DNA from: Minisyncoccota bacterium
GTDB taxonomy: Bacteria > Patescibacteriota > Minisyncoccia > Phycocordibacterales > UBA918
NCBI GenBank assembly: GCA_036275695.1
Contig: DASUDI010000033.1
Location: 1-52,628 of the forward strand
Direction: 5' to 3'
Length of the DNA: 52,628 bases
This document shows, piece after piece, positions 23,858 through 32,422 of the stretch. A program made the translations under genes and the position numbers. The notes under the pieces were generated by a model. That model was not told the origin of the DNA and made no database searches. It saw only the letters and a program-made list of their open reading frames with translations. Each line of letters opens with the position of its first letter. The stretch's first letter is position 1.

Positions 23858-25801
23858 ATGGAACACAACAACACAACACCGCAAAAACGCGCATTTACAC
23901 AAAACCGCACTCACAGGAGCGAAAACGCATTTTCATCATCTTCACGCAATAGTCAACGCAATCGTATGGCACACGGAAATAGTACTCGACAAACACCCGA
24001 TAAATCACGCAATAGCAATCGGAAAGGTGGAGGTAGACATCAAAAGCGAACCATGTCGAACCCCGCACTCACGCATCGCATTGCCGCAGCAGACAGCAAG
24101 GTACCCGTCATACCACCACTTACCGATCATGACACGGTTCGCATCATTCCACTTGGTGGTGTTGAAGAAGTGGGAAAAAACATGACTGCCGTTGAAACAG
24201 CGGACGACATACTCATTTTTGACGCAGGTTTTCAATTCGTATCATCAGAAAATGACGCGCCAGGGGTAAATTACATACTTCCCAACACGCAATACCTTGA
24301 ACAAAATAAAGACAAAATACGTGGACTCATCATTACGCACGGTCACCTTGACCACATCGGTGGTATCCCGTTTCTTATTGAGCGCATTGGTAACCCACCT
24401 ATTTATACCCGATACCTCACCTCACTCATGGTACTCAAACGCCAAGAAGAATTTCCTCATCTTCCAAAGGTGAATATGAATGTTGTTGAAATCGGACAAC
24501 GTATTAAAATTGGAAATACCTACATCAAGCCCTTCCCTGTTACCCACTCAATCCCTGACTCCATGGGTATATCAGTAGAGACAACACATGGAAATATCGT
24601 CATCTCAGGTGACCTCAAGCTAGAGCACGATGAAGGTATTCCGTCCGACAAAGAAAAAGAGGTGTGGGGTGGTGTTGGAAAAGATAAAAACATACTCTTT
24701 ATAGGAGACTCAACAAATGCTGAGCGTGACGGGTTTTCCATCCCTGAGGTGCGCGTACACACCAACATAGAGAACATTGTCCGTAACGTACGGGGACGAC
24801 TTATCGTGGGGACCTTTGCGTCACAATTTGAGCGCATGATCCGCATCATCATGATATGTGAGAAACTTGGCAAGAAAATTATCCTTGAAGGGCGGAGCAT
24901 CAAAACAAATCTTGAAATTGCTGAACTTGCGGGACTTCTCAAAGTATCAAAAGGTACCATCATCCCAATCCAAGAAATCGATAATCACCCATCAGACAGG
25001 ATTGTTATCCTTGCAACAGGTGCTCAGGGCGAGGAGTTTGCTGCGCTCATGCGTATCGCCACCGAGCGACACAAGTTTATACGACTCACAGAACGAGACA
25101 CCATCATGCTTTCCTCTTCGGTGATTCCTGGAAACGAATTGTCAGTACAAAAACTTAAAGACAATCTCTACCGTCGTGGCACACACATCATTCATTATCG
25201 CGCGTCTGATGTTCACTCAACTGGACACGGGAACTCGGGAGAATTGGTATGGATCCGTGAACAAGTAAAGCCAACCTTTGTGATGCCCGCATACGGTTAT
25301 CACTCGATGATTCGTTGTCATGCATACGCGCACATTGAGGCTGGTTTTCCAAAAGAGAATGTCATTCTTGCAGATAATGGAAGCGTGATTGATATCAAGC
25401 ATGGTACCGAACTCACCATCAAGAAGGAGAAGGCGCCATCAGAAATAATGATGGTAGATGGTTTCACCGTTGGCGCGCGACAAGAGGTGGTTATTCGCGA
25501 CCGCCAATCACTCGCGGAAGATGGTATGTTTGTTATCATCGCAACCGTAAACGCGAAAACGGGGCAACTCCGCAAGTCACCAGATATCATTTCTCGTGGG
25601 TTTGTGTATCTTCGTGAGAATCAGCAGTTACTTTCCGAAGCACGCATTCTCATCAAGAAAACCGTTGAGAAAAATACTGCGAAATCACATCCCATTGACC
25701 TCGACTACGTAAAGGACGAGATAACCGAAGTGGTATCCGCGTTTCTTCTCCAAAAGACAAACAAAACACCTATGGTGATACCGGTACTCATCGGCATTTA
25801 G
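23858..25801 (+). CDS. rnj: ribonuclease J with ~92-aa basic low-complexity N-terminal extension
   Basis: VRIIPLGGVEEVGKNM, ITHGHLDHIGGIPFL (metallo-beta-lactamase HxHxDH), beta-CASP and a C-terminal domain. The N-terminal tail is rich in R/N/S/Q/T. Confidence 0.92.
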   Translation: MEHNNTTPQKRAFTQNRTHRSENAFSSSSRNSQRNRMAHGNSTRQTPDKSRNSNRKGGGRHQKRTMSNPALTHRIAAADSKVPVIPPLTDHDTVRIIPLGGVEEVGKNMTAVETADDILIFDAGFQFVSSENDAPGVNYILPNTQYLEQNKDKIRGLIITHGHLDHIGGIPFLIERIGNPPIYTRYLTSLMVLKRQEEFPHLPKVNMNVVEIGQRIKIGNTYIKPFPVTHSIPDSMGISVETTHGNIVISGDLKLEHDEGIPSDKEKEVWGGVGKDKNILFIGDSTNAERDGFSIPEVRVHTNIENIVRNVRGRLIVGTFASQFERMIRIIMICEKLGKKIILEGRSIKTNLEIAELAGLLKVSKGTIIPIQEIDNHPSDRIVILATGAQGEEFAALMRIATERHKFIRLTERDTIMLSSSVIPGNELSVQKLKDNLYRRGTHIIHYRASDVHSTGHGNSGELVWIREQVKPTFVMPAYGYHSMIRCHAYAHIEAGFPKENVILADNGSVIDIKHGTELTIKKEKAPSEIMMVDGFTVGARQEVVIRDRQSLAEDGMFVIIATVNAKTGQLRKSPDIISRGFVYLRENQQLLSEARILIKKTVEKNTAKSHPIDLDYVKDEITEVVSAFLLQKTNKTPMVIPVLIGI

Positions 25802-25807
25802 CCACCG

Positions 25808-25850
25808 ACACATACACACACGCGCCCTCTGGGCGCGTGTGTGTATGTGT
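25808..25850 (+). terminator. 20-bp perfect inverted repeat downstream of rnj (terminator or 3' stabiliser; no U-tract)
   Basis: acacatacacacacgcgccc (25808-25827), loop tct, gggcgcgtgtgtgtatgtgt (25831-25850). Confidence 0.45.
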
Positions 25851-25897
25851 GTACACCTTCCATTACCCACACCCCTGATTTCTAGTACACTGTACAC

Positions 25898-27103
25898 ATG
25901 CCTTCACCTATTACCTCAGAGCGCGGAAGAATTGATGCGTGTCTCCGTTGTGGTTTTCGCGCATTTTACAGCACGCTCATATTTTTCTCTCTTCACTGGG
26001 CAATGGTTCTTTATATCAACTCCTCATTCTTAGAGCATTTCTTTGAAACTAAAACTATCAGCATGCTCTATATTGTCGCAGCACTTATCACCATGCTTGG
26101 TTTTTTTATCTCCCCAACACTCTTACGTCATACGGGGAGTATACGCCTTATCACCACATTTACCCTCACGGAAATGGGTGCGCTCGTCACAATGGCATTT
26201 ACGCAGACACCCTTGTTGGCACTCATCGCATTCTTAGTACATGCTTCTGTCACCCCACTTATCCTTTTTTCAATGGATATGCTTATAGAGAGTATGATTG
26301 GTGAAAATGAATCCACCACAGGGTCAAAGCGAGGTATCTTTCTTACCATTGCCAGTGGCTCACTGGCACTTTCTGCATTAGTAATGGGTTTTATGATTGG
26401 CAACGTATCATCAGATTTCACCCTTGCATACCTCACCGCAACAATACTACTGTTACCATTCTTATTTAAACTGCACTATAATTTTGGAGCATATCAGGAC
26501 CCACACTACACTCCATTCAAAGTAATTGAAACCCTGAGTGTTTTCTGGCATAACAAAGATATTAGAAATGTATTTTTTTCTAATTTATTATTGCAATTTT
26601 TCTTTGCGTGGATGGTTATCTATACCCCCGTATACCTTGCCACAGAAATGAACTTCAATTGGGAACAGATTGGTATCATATTATTTTCTGGTCTCATAGC
26701 CTACGTACTACTCGAATACGTCATTGGATATCTTGCTGACACCTATTTTGGTGAAAAAGAGATGATGGCAATTGGATTCATGGTCATGGCTGTGTCCACA
26801 TCCAGCTTCTTGTTTCTACCATCAGGCGCGCTCTTACTCTGGATGGTTACGATGTTCATGACTCGTGTTGGTGCAGCCTTTGTAGAGACCACAAGCGAAA
26901 GTTATTTCTTTAAGCAGACAGGCGGTTCTGATGCGCGCACGATAGGTGTGTTTCGTATCACTCAGCCACTTGCCTATATACTTTGCCCCATCGCAGGAAG
27001 CGCGCTTCTCTATCACCTCGATTTCGCTTTTACCTTTGTCGTTGTCGGAATACTACTTGTTCTTGGATTATTTTTTTCAATGGCACTCCGCGACACAAAG
27101 TAA
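25898..27103 (+). CDS. MFS-type transporter
   Basis: 401 aa with about 12 TM helices in a 6+6 arrangement. No specific subfamily recognised. Confidence 0.65.
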   Translation: MPSPITSERGRIDACLRCGFRAFYSTLIFFSLHWAMVLYINSSFLEHFFETKTISMLYIVAALITMLGFFISPTLLRHTGSIRLITTFTLTEMGALVTMAFTQTPLLALIAFLVHASVTPLILFSMDMLIESMIGENESTTGSKRGIFLTIASGSLALSALVMGFMIGNVSSDFTLAYLTATILLLPFLFKLHYNFGAYQDPHYTPFKVIETLSVFWHNKDIRNVFFSNLLLQFFFAWMVIYTPVYLATEMNFNWEQIGIILFSGLIAYVLLEYVIGYLADTYFGEKEMMAIGFMVMAVSTSSFLFLPSGALLLWMVTMFMTRVGAAFVETTSESYFFKQTGGSDARTIGVFRITQPLAYILCPIAGSALLYHLDFAFTFVVVGILLVLGLFFSMALRDTK

Positions 27104-27106
27104 ATA

Positions 27107-27925
27107 TCACGGAAGTTGGTACGTGCGCCTATGCTTACACACCAGCCCCTCTTGCATCAGGCGTTCAAGTTGCGCGTCTACGCGAAGTTCATCAAACGCG
27201 CTGAGTATTTTGTGGAGCGATGGGCGCGATTCTCCGCGCGCGACGAGCGCGCGTAGAATCGCGCCCCGAATTTGTCTATCTGAACCACGAAATGTACTCT
27301 GCTTTACATATCCTCTGCTTTGCGCGTTTGGATTTCCATACGTCTTTTTAATATATGCCCCATAATCCATGAGTGCGTAATACCACGTACGCACATCTTG
27401 TTGTGGAAGTGTACGCGTGACATACACCAAAATGTCTCTATCAGAAACATCAAATGCATTCTCAAAAAAATACCTGAGATATACGCTGCGGATATTAGTT
27501 TCAATAACAGGCACAGCAATCTGATACGCAAACGCAAGTACCGCGCCCGCGGTATAGGGACCAACCCCCGGGAGGGTCAGTGCGGTAGTATACGAACGAG
27601 GAAAATGCCCTTGGTGCTTGTCTACCACCTCACGAGCACATGTATGGAGCATGCGTGCGCGTCTATTGTATCCAAGCCCCTGCCACGCGCGCAAAACCTC
27701 GCCAAGTGATGCGTCTGCGAGCCTTTGCCAGGTTGGAAACTGTGTTAAAAAATTATTATAAAATGGAATTACCCGCTCTACTTGCGTTTGCTGCAACATA
27801 ATCTCCGAGACAAGAATGTGATAAGGGTTTTTTGTCTTACGCCACGGAAGGCTCCGCCTTCCGTGGCGTCTATAATACTCCCACACCAAAGCAACAAATT
27901 CGAGTTCCTTTTTATTCATACACAC
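27107..27925 (-). CDS. MutY-like HhH-GPD adenine glycosylase homolog lacking the Fe-S cluster loop and the NUDIX-like domain
   Basis: LPWRKTKNPYHILVSEIMLQQTQVERVIPFYNNFLTQFPT...LRAWQGLGYNRRARMLH...LPGVGPYTAGAVL aligns with the E. coli MutY N-terminal domain. There is no four-Cys motif. The protein is 272 aa. Confidence 0.8.
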   Translation of the reverse strand: MCMNKKELEFVALVWEYYRRHGRRSLPWRKTKNPYHILVSEIMLQQTQVERVIPFYNNFLTQFPTWQRLADASLGEVLRAWQGLGYNRRARMLHTCAREVVDKHQGHFPRSYTTALTLPGVGPYTAGAVLAFAYQIAVPVIETNIRSVYLRYFFENAFDVSDRDILVYVTRTLPQQDVRTWYYALMDYGAYIKKTYGNPNAQSRGYVKQSTFRGSDRQIRGAILRALVARGESRPSLHKILSAFDELRVDAQLERLMQEGLVCKHRRTYQLP

Positions 27926-27934
27926 GCACGCAAA

Positions 27935-28618
27935 CTAAATGGTATATACCACATCCTTACGCTCAACAACAATCGGCCATTTTTTTGATAACGCGTACTC
28001 ATAGAGTGTACGATTTGGGTTAAAACATATGGGCATTTCAACTGATTCTAAAAGTGGTATGTCACCATCTGTATCACCCACACCGATAGAACCATCATGG
28101 ACACAATTTTCCTTTTCAAAAACACGCGCCACAACACGTGCTTTATCCGCAATAAATTCTTGTTCAATAACTTTCCCCGTAAAAAGATCACGTGGACCTA
28201 TCTCATATATTCTTCCATACACCTTATCAAAACCGTACGACGCGCAAAAATCATCGAGGAGCGTCTTGGGAGACTGTGATATTGCGACCACAAAATACCC
28301 TTTGCTTTTTAAATCACGCACAAAGTCTCGCGTATATCGGTACGTGCGTTTACGATGTACGCGCACCACCTCCTTTCCCACATCGGCAAAAGTACCGTAG
28401 TGCACTCCTTTAATGTGTATAAGAAACGTCTGTATAATCGCTTCGATATACGCATCGTATGATCCCTCTCGATTCCTCCACGCCTCATACGCATGCCCAT
28501 ATTGTTCGCGTGCCTGTACAGGAAACACACCCCACGTGATACACGCTTCCACCACCTCCACAAGAAGACTCGAGCGAAACACTGTCCCGTCAATATCAAA
28601 AAATGCCACCCTTTTCAT
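27935..28618 (-). CDS. HAD-IB family hydrolase (phosphoserine-phosphatase-like)
   Basis: MKRVAFFDIDGTVFRSS (DxDGT), ...VVAISQSP..., GVGDTDGDIPLL. I place the start at the ATG at 28618. Confidence 0.8.
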   Translation of the reverse strand: MKRVAFFDIDGTVFRSSLLVEVVEACITWGVFPVQAREQYGHAYEAWRNREGSYDAYIEAIIQTFLIHIKGVHYGTFADVGKEVVRVHRKRTYRYTRDFVRDLKSKGYFVVAISQSPKTLLDDFCASYGFDKVYGRIYEIGPRDLFTGKVIEQEFIADKARVVARVFEKENCVHDGSIGVGDTDGDIPLLESVEMPICFNPNRTLYEYALSKKWPIVVERKDVVYTI

Positions 28619-28629
28619 ACTCACACATT

Positions 28630-29529
28630 CTACACCACTTCGATAAAAACAGGGCGTAGTTCCTTCCATTCCGTTTTGGTAAGCGTGCGTTCAGAATATA
28701 TACCTGAATCAGGATTATTTACCTCTGTAACAGTGATTGATTCATCAGGAAACACTGCCTCAATATATGCCAAATAACCAATCTCATCGTCATCTGCATA
28801 TTCCATAATGCTTCCCGCTTTTGGGTTGAGCGTCATATATACACCATGTACACCCTTCAATATATTGTGCCAATTTCCGGGCGTGCGTGGACGTACCTCG
28901 GGCCACGCTATCTGTCTCCCCCGCTTCCATAGACGATACACAATGTACTCTCCCGCTTGCAAGGGGAACTCTGAGCGTCCAAGACCAAATGGGTCTTTTA
29001 TAAGAGCACGTATGCCTGCCGTGCTTGGATTATCGACAGAATAGTGTGTTCCAGAAATAAGTACCGGAAAAATCTGAGACGCATTTTCAGTAATGTCCTC
29101 ATATAACACCCACCCACGCATCTCTTTCCATGCGACAGGATAAAATCTTCCTTGTGGCTCGCCAACAAGTAATAGTGAGCCATAGGGGATGCGCACTATT
29201 TCATCATCATACGATATTGTCGCGTGTGCAAAGAGTGGTGTATCAATAGTGGATACATACATGACGGTTCCGTGTGTAAAGCTAACATCCTGCGAACGAG
29301 TAGTGCTCACTCCATGGTGCTGTGGTGGTGACACCTGACGTGTGACCGGAATTATCGGAGACGGAAGTGCCTGTGTAGGTCTTGCATATTCGTCCCGACC
29401 TTCTACCGCATTCTGTGAGGATCGTTCATCCGCGTATACGTACGCACGCACCACGCGGACTGAATACGCAATTATTGCCTCGTAAAGCATATCAATAAAC
29501 TGAACCGTTAGGTAGGGTATGCGCATCAT
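28630..29529 (-). CDS. SH3-like + CHAP/NlpC-P60-like domain protein without any cysteine (probably non-catalytic wall-binding protein)
   Basis: The C-terminal part, LQAGEYIVYRLW...PGNWHNIL...PKAGSIMEY...IGYLAYIEAVFPDESITVTEVNNPDSG, has the spacing of a CHAP domain. The mid region GEPQGRFYPVAWKEMRGWVLYEDI is SH3b-like. I place the start at the ATG at 29529 or 29526. The track N-terminus overlaps nth. Confidence 0.5.
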   Translation of the reverse strand: MMRIPYLTVQFIDMLYEAIIAYSVRVVRAYVYADERSSQNAVEGRDEYARPTQALPSPIIPVTRQVSPPQHHGVSTTRSQDVSFTHGTVMYVSTIDTPLFAHATISYDDEIVRIPYGSLLLVGEPQGRFYPVAWKEMRGWVLYEDITENASQIFPVLISGTHYSVDNPSTAGIRALIKDPFGLGRSEFPLQAGEYIVYRLWKRGRQIAWPEVRPRTPGNWHNILKGVHGVYMTLNPKAGSIMEYADDDEIGYLAYIEAVFPDESITVTEVNNPDSGIYSERTLTKTEWKELRPVFIEVV

Positions 29530-29584
29530 TGCACACACTATACACCCACCACCCCACTCGTGGTATCTTGACCAGGAGTCAGTC

Positions 29585-30253
29585 CTAGTGTGCTTTTGGC
29601 CATACCATACACGCCTCAGGGTATATTGTGGTAAGTGGATGATTGTTACAATCATGCTTCCGTGCAGGACAATAGTCTCTCCCATAGTGTACGAGTCGAT
29701 GATTAAAATACCACCACTCTGAACGTGGCATAATACACATCAAATCTCGCTCAATCTGAATTGGATTTGTATAATCAGTAAGATTAAAGCGTATCGCAAA
29801 TCTCCGCACGTGAGTATCTACCGCGATACCCTCGTGTAATTGAAACACGTTTGAAAGTATCACGTTTGCGGTCTTACGCGCGACACCCGGAATAGTGAGT
29901 AATTCTGACATGGTACGTGGCACTTCGCCATTATAGTGTTCCATAATCACCCGCGCAGCATTTCGAATGTTCTTTGCTTTATTTCGGTAAAACCCGCATG
30001 AAAAAATTGCACGCTCCATATCTTCTTGCGATGCATCGCGATACGATACGATCGTGGGGTATTTTTTAAAAAGAGTCTTTGTCACACGATTCACACGTTC
30101 GTCGGTACACTGAGCCGAAAGTACCACTGCCACAAGTAGTTCCCATGTATTACTGTGATTGAGTGCAATAACAGGCTGTGGATAAAGTTTTTTGAGTATG
30201 TGGTTCATGGCGCGCACCCTTCGGGTGCGCGCCTCACGTAAATCGGCGCGCAT
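29585..30253 (-). CDS. nth: endonuclease III (Nth)
   Basis: VAVVLSAQCTDERVN, LTIPGVARKTANVIL (catalytic K), IAVDTHVRRF (catalytic D). The C-terminal Cys motif is CPARKHDCNNH...C. I place the start at the ATG at 30253, just inside the terminator of the upstream gene. Confidence 0.88.
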   Translation of the reverse strand: MRADLREARTRRVRAMNHILKKLYPQPVIALNHSNTWELLVAVVLSAQCTDERVNRVTKTLFKKYPTIVSYRDASQEDMERAIFSCGFYRNKAKNIRNAARVIMEHYNGEVPRTMSELLTIPGVARKTANVILSNVFQLHEGIAVDTHVRRFAIRFNLTDYTNPIQIERDLMCIMPRSEWWYFNHRLVHYGRDYCPARKHDCNNHPLTTIYPEACMVWPKAH

Positions 30254-30270
30254 GCATACCAGTATATACA

Positions 30271-30307
30271 ACATTATAGCCACCGCATAGAGCGGTGGCT
30301 ATAATGT
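30271..30307 (-). terminator. 16-bp perfect hairpin terminator after the DUF378 gene
   Basis: acattatagccaccgc / gcggtggctataatgt with loop ataga. Confidence 0.65.
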
Positions 30308-30329
30308 TGTCAAAACTAAAAAAACACCG

Positions 30330-30563
30330 TTACGGTGTTGTTGACGTGCTACTTTTAGAAACACAGGTTGCACATGACGACTTATGTGTCAGCAACTCAT
30401 AGAGCGCCGAGAGTCCTACAAGGATATACACCACCATTGCAAGAGTACCTGAACCAAAAATCTCTTCTACAAGATTTTGATTAAAGACGCCCACAAAAAG
30501 CCAATTTAAACCTCCCACGACGAGAAGCGTAAATGCAATTCTGTGAACTATTTTTTTGTTCAT
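30330..30563 (-). CDS. DUF378 family small membrane protein
   Basis: 77 aa. IAFTLLVVGGLNWLFVGVF...LVYILVGLSALYEL is typical of DUF378. Confidence 0.8.
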   Translation of the reverse strand: MNKKIVHRIAFTLLVVGGLNWLFVGVFNQNLVEEIFGSGTLAMVVYILVGLSALYELLTHKSSCATCVSKSSTSTTP

Positions 30564-30660
30564 ATATAATTACCTATTTGATAATACACCTCTGTTCAGT
30601 ATATCATCACACACTAATAAATATGGGTGATATATGACGATGCAGTGGATATTACAAAAC

Positions 30661-31797
30661 CTAGGAACGAGCCATTCGATACCCACGCTGAACCAGAATA
30701 CCCAAGGATATAGAAACAATTCCCAATAGTGTAAGCCCACCAATAACGGGAACAAATGAGAGTAGCGCGCACGTAACCACACCGAGAATTGGTGTCAGAA
30801 ACCACACTTCCTTATTTTTAAATAAAAGAACTTGTATAAATTTTCCGAGACCGATAACACCGAGAATACCTGATATACTCACAAGTGATACGTAGGCAAT
30901 GAGCAATGCAATTCCTGCAATAAATCCCACAATGCTTATCATGAGCAACACAGAAATAAATGGTGTCGCAATCAGTACACCAAGTCCAATGAGTCCATGC
31001 ATGCCAAGGTGGTCATCGGTATCTCGCACAAATCGTTGCACTATCGATGGTGCAAGTACATAGACGATAAACGCAGCGAATAATACCATTATAAAAAACA
31101 AAATATCACTGTTATAGTGTGACTGAGTCACAACATCTACCTCACCTACTTTTTGCACCACACCACTCACCACCGCACCTTGCGCGCGCGTTATCTCACT
31201 TCCACTTCGGTACGATACATCACCGTGAATATCCGCCTTATCACCTAATACAAGACTTTGACTTGCGGTAAAATCTACCCCTCCTTCAACCAGTCCATTA
31301 ATTCTTACATTTTCAGCATTTCCATGGATGTTACCTTTTATTGGGGCCTCAATGGTCATATTGGTTCCCCAAAAAAGCACATCACCATCGATTGAGGCGG
31401 TTGATAAGATATCAAGACTACCCCCCATCACGACGACATCACCCTTAACGTGAGAGGCAATTACCACACTACCCCCCAAGACACGTAAATCGTCACCAAC
31501 GTCACCATGTATTTGCGCTGTCCCAGAAATGAGCGTCAGATCGTGCTCTGTGGAGTTATTAATAGTCACCTCCATGCCCACGACAAACGCGTCTTGATTT
31601 GATTTTCCCGAAATACTCACATTTGACCCCGCAACGTAGAGATCACCATCAACTACCTGCGTACCGTCAATTGAGATCGTTTCACCTGCACGCACCACCG
31701 GACCAGCAGGTTCGGCAGCAAACAAAAAATACGGTGTCGTAATCGCGATAAGAATAAGTACGATAAATGCTTGTTTCATGAATGTGAATGATACCAC
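30661..31797 (-). CDS. exported bactofilin-like (polymer-forming, beta-helical repeat) protein with C-terminal multi-TM anchor
   Basis: Signal peptide (...YFLFAAEP), about 200 aa of G-D-V/I-rich repeats (DGDLYVAGSNVSISG, GDVGDDLRVLGGSVVIASHVKGDVVVMGGSLDI...), then about 4 TM helices. Confidence 0.55.
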   Translation of the reverse strand: MVSFTFMKQAFIVLILIAITTPYFLFAAEPAGPVVRAGETISIDGTQVVDGDLYVAGSNVSISGKSNQDAFVVGMEVTINNSTEHDLTLISGTAQIHGDVGDDLRVLGGSVVIASHVKGDVVVMGGSLDILSTASIDGDVLFWGTNMTIEAPIKGNIHGNAENVRINGLVEGGVDFTASQSLVLGDKADIHGDVSYRSGSEITRAQGAVVSGVVQKVGEVDVVTQSHYNSDILFFIMVLFAAFIVYVLAPSIVQRFVRDTDDHLGMHGLIGLGVLIATPFISVLLMISIVGFIAGIALLIAYVSLVSISGILGVIGLGKFIQVLLFKNKEVWFLTPILGVVTCALLSFVPVIGGLTLLGIVSISLGILVQRGYRMARS

Positions 31798-31829
31798 ATT
31801 TTTACTTTTTTTCCAGTGTATATGTTAGT

Positions 31830-32234
31830 TTATTTAAAACACGGCATTAACTTAATCCCTTCAAGTGGTGTTGGCGCCGCGCCATTAATAATCTCATTGA
31901 AACGCGAGGATGAAACTGCGTCCTCGGCGCACGTAATCATATCTTTTGTTACCGTAATGTGATCCCCTTTAACTCCAAAAGAATTTAGAATTGCTTGCTG
32001 TGACGATGTGAGTGTGCTTGTTTCAATGGTGATAGATTCATCCGCATTTTTTGTTACTGCGGATTGTGATACCGTGGAAGACGCATCCCCACCAACAACA
32101 TCACGATGTTCAACTGTTGATTGTGGCGTCACCTCCTCCAATTTCTGAATCGTATACCACACGTACACCCCAAGTCCAATTCCCACACTTAATAACACCA
32201 CAATTACTCCTAACAAGATTTTGATTATTTTCAT
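31830..32234 (-). CDS. hypothetical membrane-anchored protein
   Basis: I place the start at the ATG at 32234 (MKIIKILLGVIVVLLSVGIGLGVYVWY), which overlaps the upstream stop (ATGA). The track N-terminal extension is implausible. Confidence 0.55.
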   Translation of the reverse strand: MKIIKILLGVIVVLLSVGIGLGVYVWYTIQKLEEVTPQSTVEHRDVVGGDASSTVSQSAVTKNADESITIETSTLTSSQQAILNSFGVKGDHITVTKDMITCAEDAVSSSRFNEIINGAAPTPLEGIKLMPCFK

Positions 32235-32422
32235 ACTATGATAGCAGTATATACTATTGGTCGTTGCAACACATATACCAGAACAATACCAATAGCCACT
32301 AACGCAAGTGTGAGCAAAAATAATGTGAGACGAGCGGGTGATACCTCCCATTGACCCGTATACCAATTTCTTGCGAATACGAATGGAAAAATGAAGCGAA
32401 GTATGCGCATAGTGAATGTCAT
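32231..32422 (-). CDS. 63-aa hypothetical membrane protein
   Basis: ATGA overlaps at both ends tie it into the glycosidase operon. One or two TM helices. Confidence 0.5.
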   Translation of the reverse strand: MTFTMRILRFIFPFVFARNWYTGQWEVSPARLTLFLLTLALVAIGIVLVYVLQRPIVYTAIIV

